IMG/VR virus record: IMGVR_UViG_3300020404_000088
Location: 1-55,952 of that record
DNA: 55,952 nucleotides
Strand: one strand, 5' to 3'
Source of the DNA: a virus
Taxonomy: Duplodnaviria > Caudoviricetes
This document shows positions 1 through 7,144 of the stretch, piece by piece. The notes under the pieces were generated by a model, which had not been told where the DNA came from, did not search any database, and saw only the letters and a list, made by a program, of their open reading frames with translations. The translations under genes and the position numbers were made by a program. Position 1 is the first letter of the stretch. Each line of letters begins with the position of its first letter.

Positions 1-137
1 AATTTTTCAGCGTCTGCCTTATCGTTGTAAGTAGCAACAGCAATCTTTTGATTTGGGTTCATAGCATATTTTACTTTAAACGCCTCATCTTTTTTAAGAA
101 ACTTAAAAATCAAATCTTTAAAACTTTGTTTAGCCAT
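1..137 (-). CDS. hypothetical protein, 5' part only (runs off window)
   Basis: ATG at 137 overlapping the upstream stop; manual translation MAKQSFKDLIFKFLKKDEAFKVKYAMNPNQKIAVATYNDKADAEK is open to the window edge. Confidence 0.65.
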   Translation of the reverse strand, partial: MAKQSFKDLIFKFLKKDEAFKVKYAMNPNQKIAVATYNDKADAEK

Positions 138-687
138 TTAAATCCTCTGTCGTTAAAAATACGTTATTATATTTAAATACATCATAACCCATAATAGATT
201 GTGTGTCTTCTTTAAAATCAATTACCTCTCCACTATTTATGACTATATCACCTTCTAAATCGTAAATATCTTTATTTACTATATATTTGCCGTGAGATAT
301 AGGTTCACCATAGTTTTCGCTGATATCAAACTCAAAACCTTGTTCTTTGATATGTTTATATATTTCTTTTTCTATGATTGGATTGTAATCTTTTTCTTCT
401 CTGAAAAATGCGATTGCAGCTGCAGCCGCTGAACCTAGAGGTCCTCTTATACCTACTTTAGATAATAATCTTTTTAGATTGAATACAAAACGAATAAGCA
501 ATGTGTATGCTTTTCTCGCTTCTTGCACTTTGCCTGGGGGGAATGATTTGATAAAATCTTTTGATTTAATTAGTACCTTACCCTTATCATCAATAATACC
601 AAGTTTATATGCCTTGGTTCTCTTGAAAGGCGTAACTAATATTTTTAACACTCTATAAGCAACTAGGGCGTCTATAACTCTTCCCAT
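130..687 (-). CDS. conserved hypothetical T4-like phage protein
   Basis: 185-aa ORF tightly packed in the operon; AYKLGIIDDKGKVL segment familiar from marine T4-like phages. Confidence 0.75.
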   Translation of the reverse strand: MGRVIDALVAYRVLKILVTPFKRTKAYKLGIIDDKGKVLIKSKDFIKSFPPGKVQEARKAYTLLIRFVFNLKRLLSKVGIRGPLGSAAAAAIAFFREEKDYNPIIEKEIYKHIKEQGFEFDISENYGEPISHGKYIVNKDIYDLEGDIVINSGEVIDFKEDTQSIMGYDVFKYNNVFLTTEDLNG

Positions 688-688
688 T

Positions 689-1054
689 TTATATCCTTTT
701 TAATTCTTCCATTACGTTTTGATCTGTTTCTATATCAATCATTTCGTTTTCTGGCATATAATTTAAAAAGATGAGAATTGTTTTAAGTAAATACCAATGC
801 TGTTTATCTATTTTAAAAAATAATAGTGTAGTTGCAGCATCAATACCGAATACATTTGCCAAGACAATAACGTGATTAATAATTAATCTTGACTTAAATT
901 CTTGAGATGTATCGTACTTTCTAAATAATCTTTTCAGATATTTAAAACGCTTCATATCATCTTCAAATTCTTCTTTACTAGCACCTCTATTATCATAATG
1001 CCTTAAAGCAAATATGTCAATAGTTTCAGGTGTTAGTATCTTAAAATCAGCCAT
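689..1054 (-). CDS. conserved hypothetical T4-like phage protein
   Basis: 121-aa ORF; EEFEDDMKRFKYLKRLF...RLIINH pattern typical of a conserved marine T4-like family. Confidence 0.8.
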   Translation of the reverse strand: MADFKILTPETIDIFALRHYDNRGASKEEFEDDMKRFKYLKRLFRKYDTSQEFKSRLIINHVIVLANVFGIDAATTLLFFKIDKQHWYLLKTILIFLNYMPENEMIDIETDQNVMEELKRI

Positions 1055-1089
1055 AATTTATTCACTTGTATTGATGTAGTAGTAGTATG

Positions 1090-1527
1090 TTATTTTAAAC
1101 TCGCAAAAACTTTAAATTGATTGTTCTCTTGTTTTTCCCAGTTAAATTCCATTTTCAATCCGCCATCTTTTTTATGAGAAACTCCATCACCGTCTTCAAT
1201 TTCTTTACCTTGTGACATAGGACCGTTTGAGTTCTCAGGTGTTTTGCCGTATCTTCCACCGAATTGAGTAACCTCAACAGTTGCGTTTCCCTTATCTGAC
1301 TCTATCTTAGGTTCAGTAAAGTTTAACCCCATAACATTTAACTTATTGTTAAGTTGTTTCATAGCAGCGTCTGGTTGCATATACTCTTGTTGAGCCATTG
1401 CACCAACAAAACCATTTAATCTTTGCATTACTCTTTCGTCATGTATGTTGAAAAGACCTAGATTGTCATCTTCAGCAGAGTTAAGAGCAACAGTATGGCT
1501 CTCATCAAATTGTTTAAAGCTTTTCAT
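1090..1527 (-). CDS. hypothetical protein, probable internal head protein
   Basis: Start re-assigned to MKSFKQFDES (ATG 1527, GGA upstream), resembling a T4 capsid-targeting sequence. Confidence 0.7.
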   Translation of the reverse strand: MKSFKQFDESHTVALNSAEDDNLGLFNIHDERVMQRLNGFVGAMAQQEYMQPDAAMKQLNNKLNVMGLNFTEPKIESDKGNATVEVTQFGGRYGKTPENSNGPMSQGKEIEDGDGVSHKKDGGLKMEFNWEKQENNQFKVFASLK

Positions 1528-1702
1528 TTTTCTTTTCCTTTTTAGTTTCTTTATCTTCGTCAAATAAGTCTATCTCAAATTCTAAGTCTTTAACTTCGTT
1601 AGGGTTTTCTGTTAAGATTTCAGAAATAACATTAGAATCCTCGTAAGCTTTTCTAGCTCTAGGAGATAGTCCATTTAATTCTTGTAATGTTAATTTTTTC
1701 AT
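1514..1702 (-). CDS. hypothetical protein
   Basis: 62-aa ORF with AGGAG RBS. Confidence 0.65.
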   Translation of the reverse strand: MKKLTLQELNGLSPRARKAYEDSNVISEILTENPNEVKDLEFEIDLFDEDKETKKEKKNEKL

Positions 1703-1711
1703 TTTATCTCC

Positions 1712-1942
1712 TTATGAAGTTGCCATATTTAGTGCTTGTTCTTTATCTCTGGGCATTTCTTTATTATCTTCAAGTTCTTTTAAAAACAAATCACATTGTT
1801 GATTTGCCCCAGCCAAAGCATTTAAATTGTTCTTCATTTGTCTAATTTTTATCTCACCATCTTCAATTTGTGTAGCAAGCATATCAACATCTTTTTTAAT
1901 CTGTTCTTTTCTTGCAATTAATTTTTCTTTAGTAATTGACAT
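1712..1942 (-). CDS. hypothetical coiled-coil protein
   Basis: 76-aa ORF with GGAG RBS and heptad pattern. Confidence 0.7.
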   Translation of the reverse strand: MSITKEKLIARKEQIKKDVDMLATQIEDGEIKIRQMKNNLNALAGANQQCDLFLKELEDNKEMPRDKEQALNMATS

Positions 1943-1966
1943 TATATATCTCCATTATTTAAATTT

Positions 1967-1990
1967 GTAGAGGGGGCGAACCCCCTCCAC
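1967..1990 (-). terminator. UUCG-loop hairpin (terminator or mRNA stabiliser)
   Basis: GTGGAGGGGG-TTCG-CCCCCTCTAC just after a stop codon; no good U-tract. Confidence 0.55.
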
Positions 1991-2001
1991 ATTACTGATT
2001 A

Positions 2002-2553
2002 TTAGTCAGCGAAAGCAGGTGCAGTATCAGATGATACGAAACCAGTTACTCTCCATACAGTAGAAGAAACACCAATACACTCTATGTCATAGTGACCAGG
2101 TACATTGATTTGTAAAGTTTCGTTTGAGTTACCGTCTGAACCAACTACTGAATTAGCGTTACCATCGATATCCAAGAAAGTTACTTGACCTTGGAAGAAG
2201 ATAGAGTTACCAGTACCAGCAGAGATGATTAAATCATGTCCGTCTTCAGCAGCAGAAGCGATATTCGGTCCTACAAATCTGAAATGCATACCAGCGATAG
2301 GCGTTGGTAAAGTCATAGTTCTGTCAGCAGTTAAATCGTTACCAATCAAAAGTCTACCAGCGTGAGTAGCTTCTGTTAGTGTTACGTTTGAATCAGCTAA
2401 AGATACAGGCGCCATAAGAGCGTTTGCAGCTTCACCGATAGTTACTTTTTTGTTAATCGGCGTTCCAGAAGGATCATCAACTAGGTGAAGTAAATCTTCC
2501 CTTGCTGTAGCAGTTCCTAATGAAGTTAATGCCGTGATTTTTTTGTCAGCCAT
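2002..2553 (-). CDS. putative virion structural / fibre-associated protein
   Basis: [10 protein letters not shown]-terminus, Ala/Thr/Gly-rich beta-type composition, late promoter upstream. Confidence 0.6.
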   Translation of the reverse strand: MADKKITALTSLGTATAREDLLHLVDDPSGTPINKKVTIGEAANALMAPVSLADSNVTLTEATHAGRLLIGNDLTADRTMTLPTPIAGMHFRFVGPNIASAAEDGHDLIISAGTGNSIFFQGQVTFLDIDGNANSVVGSDGNSNETLQINVPGHYDIECIGVSSTVWRVTGFVSSDTAPAFAD

Positions 2554-2668
2554 TTTAGTTTTTCTCCATTTAATTTAACCCCTTATGTATTTGGGGAATA
2601 TTAGCCCAGGCATTGATGCTATCTCGCCAGGGATCAAAAGTAGTATAGGGCACTAATGCCCTACACAA

Positions 2669-2676
2669 TATTTATA
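2669..2676 (-). promoter_or_regulatory. T4-type late promoter
   Basis: Exact intergenic TATAAATA (gp55 consensus). Confidence 0.75.
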
Positions 2677-2685
2677 ATCTTTTTA

Positions 2686-3369
2686 TTACGCAGTTACAGT
2701 AATTGTACCAGCGTCAGTTCCAATAGAAGCAGCACTTGTAATCGTAGAAGCAGTGTTTGCCTCTTGGTTTAAGTGACCACCTTGAGCGCCTTCTAGTCTT
2801 ATGAACTCACCAATGTCTCCAGAGTTTGTTCCTTCTTCTAAAACAACGTGTTCAGTAGATTTCTCATTGATTGTACCACTATTTAAAGCGAGTGCGTTTG
2901 CACCTATTGAAAGTACATCATCTGCATTTGTAGCGGCATTAGCAGCTGCAATTGCAAGTTCGAATGTAAGTCTGTTTGTACCAGAACCACTAGCGTATAA
3001 TAGGTTGTGTGGACCACGACCTGAACCTGAACCAGCGTTACTGTTTGTGACAGCAAGATGTGGCGTACCACCATCTGTAGCAACTTCAACTTCCTCGTTG
3101 AAAGTAACTGTAGCACTTAAAGTACCACCATCAGACTTATCAAAACTATCTATATTCCAATCGATTGCTGTGATGTCTGCAAGATTCAGAGAAGTGCCCA
3201 AGTCACCAATTGCCACGATAACTTCTTCTTGTGTTCGATTAGCTCGACCACCAGTTCCAGTTACCTTTTTTACCCAACCTTTTTCGGTAGCGTAAACGTT
3301 TAATTTCTCAGCGGCTGTGAAGTGTTTTGGTTTATCTTCAACTGCGTCTGAATTTCCCCATAAAGGCAT
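2686..3369 (-). CDS. putative virion structural protein (Ig-like/beta-sandwich)
   Basis: 227 aa, VTFNEEV...YASGSGTNRLTF...LALNSGTI pattern; AGGAG RBS; GATAAATA variant at 3415-3422. Confidence 0.6.
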   Translation of the reverse strand: MPLWGNSDAVEDKPKHFTAAEKLNVYATEKGWVKKVTGTGGRANRTQEEVIVAIGDLGTSLNLADITAIDWNIDSFDKSDGGTLSATVTFNEEVEVATDGGTPHLAVTNSNAGSGSGRGPHNLLYASGSGTNRLTFELAIAAANAATNADDVLSIGANALALNSGTINEKSTEHVVLEEGTNSGDIGEFIRLEGAQGGHLNQEANTASTITSAASIGTDAGTITVTA

Positions 3370-3420
3370 ATTATCTCTCCTTATTAATAAGATTTATTTG
3401 TTATATAACGTTACTATTTA

Positions 3421-3942
3421 TCAAAAACCTAATCTCTTAAGCTCTGAAATTGTTTTTGAAGCACTAGTATGATGTATACCAATACCCCCAGCTGCCTTAA
3501 ATTGATCTACGTTTCTTTTGAAATCATCAATCAATAATGCAGGCCTTCTCTTCCCACCACTTTTCATTGCAAACTTTTGCTTATCTCTACGTCTTACCAA
3601 GTTAATATTACTTGTAGATATATTAACATTTTTTCTTAACCAAGTTCTTTTACCTGGTATGCAGTTAGGGTCTTCAGTTGTATAAGCAGATAATATATGT
3701 GGTTTATATTTGTCAATATAATTCCATAGTTGTTGTCCTCCAGGCATCCAAGGCATATTTGACCAGAAATTACGATACTTCTTGATCACTTCCCAATGTT
3801 CATCTGACTTATCTTGTGTGAAGATAACTCCTGTCGCCTTCTTCGCCTGCACTATAAAGTCACAAAGCACACCATCCATATCACAATAGATACGAGGTAG
3901 ATCGCCTTTTGCTTCTCTATAAAACTCTTTATAATCTCTCAC
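3421..3942 (-). CDS. HAD-superfamily 5'(3')-nucleotidase-like protein
   Basis: Motif I YCDMDGVLCDF, ILSA, conserved K, LLIDD. Confidence 0.85.
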   Translation of the reverse strand: MRDYKEFYREAKGDLPRIYCDMDGVLCDFIVQAKKATGVIFTQDKSDEHWEVIKKYRNFWSNMPWMPGGQQLWNYIDKYKPHILSAYTTEDPNCIPGKRTWLRKNVNISTSNINLVRRRDKQKFAMKSGGKRRPALLIDDFKRNVDQFKAAGGIGIHHTSASKTISELKRLGF

Positions 3943-3956
3943 TAGAGATTTCCTCC

Positions 3957-4574
3957 CTAATGTAAATTACCTGTGTTAGTTCTCATACCGCCAGAGAAAT
4001 TACCAATGTCTTTGTCTGGATTAACTTCTATTTTAGTTTTACCACCAACTTTGATTTCATCTTTTTTCTTTGATTTTACAAGTTCTTTAGTATCAACTTT
4101 CTTATCTAATATTGCGTTTGCTATTCCTGTTCTTAATGGCACCTCTCCTGTTTCAGGATTAGCCTCAGGTTTAACAACTTTATTCTTTTCGTTTTCTAAC
4201 TTTTGTTTTACTAAAGCTAATTGACCTGTTAGATTTGTTATTGTTCTTTCTAAAGCATCTGTATCTTTTTTAGGTTCTGCTTTTTTAACTTCCGACTCTT
4301 CTTCTTTTGCTTCGTTTGTTATCTCTGGATTGTTAGTCACATAGTTAGCGACAGAATTTAACTTATCCTCTGCACTAGTTATCTTAGATTGTAACCATGC
4401 CTCCATATTATAGTCATCACCTTTACCAGAAAGAAAGTCCATTATCTTACCTACTCTATCTTGTATAGTTTTTAACTGACCGACTGCCATAGAAACTTCG
4501 TAGTCTTCTTTAACTACTTTAGGTTCTCTAACTTCTTTTAGTGAGTCAGCAAATGATTTAGTATATTTTGTCAT
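3957..4574 (-). CDS. probable internal head protein
   Basis: 205 aa, Lys/Glu-rich, EVSMAVGQL...EAWLQSKIT module bounded by xxE sites. Confidence 0.6.
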   Translation of the reverse strand: MTKYTKSFADSLKEVREPKVVKEDYEVSMAVGQLKTIQDRVGKIMDFLSGKGDDYNMEAWLQSKITSAEDKLNSVANYVTNNPEITNEAKEEESEVKKAEPKKDTDALERTITNLTGQLALVKQKLENEKNKVVKPEANPETGEVPLRTGIANAILDKKVDTKELVKSKKKDEIKVGGKTKIEVNPDKDIGNFSGGMRTNTGNLH

Positions 4575-4582
4575 TATGATCC

Positions 4583-7144
4583 TTACTTAACTAGACCTCT
4601 TGATTTTAAAACTGCTTCCTCTAGTGAACCAGGTTTTGTATCTAGGTATCTTTTTGCTTTTTCTCTTGACTCACCATACATAGCTTTCATATTAACCATT
4701 TTCTTTTCTTTTGAAATTTTCATCATAGCATTCATCATCTCAGGTGTGTCTTTAACTTTTGCCATATCAGCGCCACCGTTATCTTTGACAGATGCTTTTA
4801 CATCTGATTTCATGTACATAGCATTCATGTCTTTCATAGCGTTCATAGGTTTAGCTTTCATAGCATTCATTTGCATTGCGTTAAGAGCTTTAACTTTTGG
4901 TTCTGAGTCTGTTTCTTTAGTCTTTTCTTCTTTCTTCATGTCTTTCATGGCATTCATCTTCTTCATAGCATTCATAGAACCGTATTCTTTTTTCATAGAC
5001 TTCATTTCTTTTTTATCTTTTCTTAACATTGCGAAGTCTTTAGCATCGAGATCACCATCTTTATCTTTATCTAATTTTTTTTGACCACCTACTAAATCTT
5101 CTTTCACTTCTTTTTTATCTTTCTTCATGTCATGCATTTCTTTTTTATCTTTTTTCATGTCGTGCATTTCATCTTTAGAGTCGTCTTTCTTACCTTGTTT
5201 AGCAAGAATAGCTTTCTGCAATGCAGGTGGTAATTTCTTTTGTCCTGCAGTTAATCCCTCTGTTAAACTATCAACATAACTGAAAAATTCTTTTTGATCT
5301 TCATCTTTTAATTCTCCTAGGGAACTGATTTTGTAATGCTCCATAGCAGAGGTTAGTCTTTGTTTGTATGATTCATTCATTTTAAGTTCTCCTTTTTTGA
5401 TGAATTGCTTGTCTTCGCCTAGACCTAATTTCTTCTTGACCATATTAGTTGCTGTCGCATAACGAACAGCGTCACCATCTTTTCCATATCTTTTAATAAA
5501 GTCTTTCTTAGGTAGATCATCAGCTTTCTTATGTACTTGTTTAATTTGTGATTTAGATAAATCTGCTTCTTCTAAATCTTTCTCATCTGAAATATCTTTT
5601 GCTAATTGTTTAGCTTGTTTGTCGTGTGATTTAACAGATTTTTGAAGTTGTTTGATGATAGGTTTGATAGTCTTCTCATCATCTTTATTTAAATCTTCTT
5701 TAACAACTTTAGCACCTGAGCCGTATTGATCAACATATCTTTGTGCCTCATGTGGAGTGTTGTATCTTCCTAAAGTCATTTTGCTACCATCTTTTTTAGT
5801 GATCTGTACAGTATATGTTTCTGTCACTGGTATTTTTCTTTGTATCATTTTTGATAATGCAAGACCTGATATGAAAGGTATCTTTTTCTTTCTCACATCA
5901 TTTAAGGCATGATCTGGAAGTCTTCCTATCATGTCACTTAATTTCTTAGCGTTAGAAACTGATATAGTTTTATCTTTCATAACACCATATGCTTTTGCAA
6001 GTTTATTAAGTTGATCTGCACTAAAATAATTTTGATTTTCAATTATATTAGTTAGAGTATCTACTAATTCATTTTCCTCATCTTCTGGAAAAACAACTTG
6101 CCAATCTTCAAGTATGTCAGATATGTATTTAATCTTTGCATTTTTAATATCCATTTGAGTAAATTGATCAAGACTTTTAACAAAGTTTTTTATATTTGGT
6201 GTTAAATCTGAAGCCTTTTTAGTTGACCAAGTCTTTTTCATTCTAGCAAGTTGATCTTTTGAAAATGAACCTTTGTACATATCAGCAATACTTTCACTCA
6301 CCTCGTAGATGTAATCTTTACCAAATAGATCATCAACTATGTCTTCTTGGACACAATTAGGAACCATTTTGTCACCTTTTTTCTTTAGGCCAACTTGTTT
6401 ATATCCTACCCAACAAGCTTCTTCTAGGTCAGTTTCTTTATCTTCCTTTATCTCTACTTCGTCATTTAAAGCTAAAGGTCTATCTAAACCTCTAAAGTTA
6501 ATGTGATTATTAAAATTTAAAGTGTGTGTAGTAATTGATATGTCTTTTAATCCATCTCTCTTTAATTGAGCAGCTTTATCATCAGCAGCTTTTTGTGTTT
6601 TGTATGCAGCCGCAAATCTTTTCTTGTTTGCAGGATCAAAAAATCTAACAACAAAACCTTTTTGTATTTTTTCTTGAATTGTATTGTCTTTTTGTTCCTC
6701 AAGTGAAGGACATTGACATTCTTCACCCTCACATTTAGGGCAAGTTTCTTCTAATTTAAGAGTGCCTTTATTTTTTTGTAAGATTTTCAAATCTCTCATA
6801 GTCATGCCTGGTGCTCTTGTAGCTATAACTCTTGCTAAATCCATAGCTCTAATTTTACCAGCCTCAGTATTTCTTTCACTAGCAGGCATATCTTTTAGAA
6901 TCATTTTATATTGTTTCTCTAATTCAAACTTTCTCATATCAGGACTAATTTCATTTAAGTCTTCTTCATATTTAGGACTCACTTTTTTAGTGCCATCTGC
7001 TCTAGGTATTAAACCTTTTGCTTTTAAATGTGCCTTGTCTGTAAAACCAGCGTTGCCAGACTTAAATCTTTTCATAGCGTCAGCCGTATCAGGAGCTTTC
7101 TCTCTAACTTGTTTTAACGCTTCTGTCATGTCTATGTGCTTCAT
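4583..7144 (-). CDS. large modular Lys/Glu/Met-rich protein, probable processed internal head polyprotein
   Basis: 853 aa of short modules separated by LEE/LNE/VKE/IKE; CWVGY...VPNCV module; DKDKDGD motif; MNAM repeats. Confidence 0.65.
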   Translation of the reverse strand: MKHIDMTEALKQVREKAPDTADAMKRFKSGNAGFTDKAHLKAKGLIPRADGTKKVSPKYEEDLNEISPDMRKFELEKQYKMILKDMPASERNTEAGKIRAMDLARVIATRAPGMTMRDLKILQKNKGTLKLEETCPKCEGEECQCPSLEEQKDNTIQEKIQKGFVVRFFDPANKKRFAAAYKTQKAADDKAAQLKRDGLKDISITTHTLNFNNHINFRGLDRPLALNDEVEIKEDKETDLEEACWVGYKQVGLKKKGDKMVPNCVQEDIVDDLFGKDYIYEVSESIADMYKGSFSKDQLARMKKTWSTKKASDLTPNIKNFVKSLDQFTQMDIKNAKIKYISDILEDWQVVFPEDEENELVDTLTNIIENQNYFSADQLNKLAKAYGVMKDKTISVSNAKKLSDMIGRLPDHALNDVRKKKIPFISGLALSKMIQRKIPVTETYTVQITKKDGSKMTLGRYNTPHEAQRYVDQYGSGAKVVKEDLNKDDEKTIKPIIKQLQKSVKSHDKQAKQLAKDISDEKDLEEADLSKSQIKQVHKKADDLPKKDFIKRYGKDGDAVRYATATNMVKKKLGLGEDKQFIKKGELKMNESYKQRLTSAMEHYKISSLGELKDEDQKEFFSYVDSLTEGLTAGQKKLPPALQKAILAKQGKKDDSKDEMHDMKKDKKEMHDMKKDKKEVKEDLVGGQKKLDKDKDGDLDAKDFAMLRKDKKEMKSMKKEYGSMNAMKKMNAMKDMKKEEKTKETDSEPKVKALNAMQMNAMKAKPMNAMKDMNAMYMKSDVKASVKDNGGADMAKVKDTPEMMNAMMKISKEKKMVNMKAMYGESREKAKRYLDTKPGSLEEAVLKSRGLVK
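5108..5170 (-). repeat. 30-bp coding tandem repeat (EMHDMKKDKK x2)
   Basis: Two near-identical 30-nt units visible in DNA and protein. Confidence 0.85.

Noticed and set aside
4680-5170. Possible CRISPR array or non-coding repeat
   Set aside because: Repeats are in-frame coding units with synonymous variation and no spacers; no CRISPR array seen in the window
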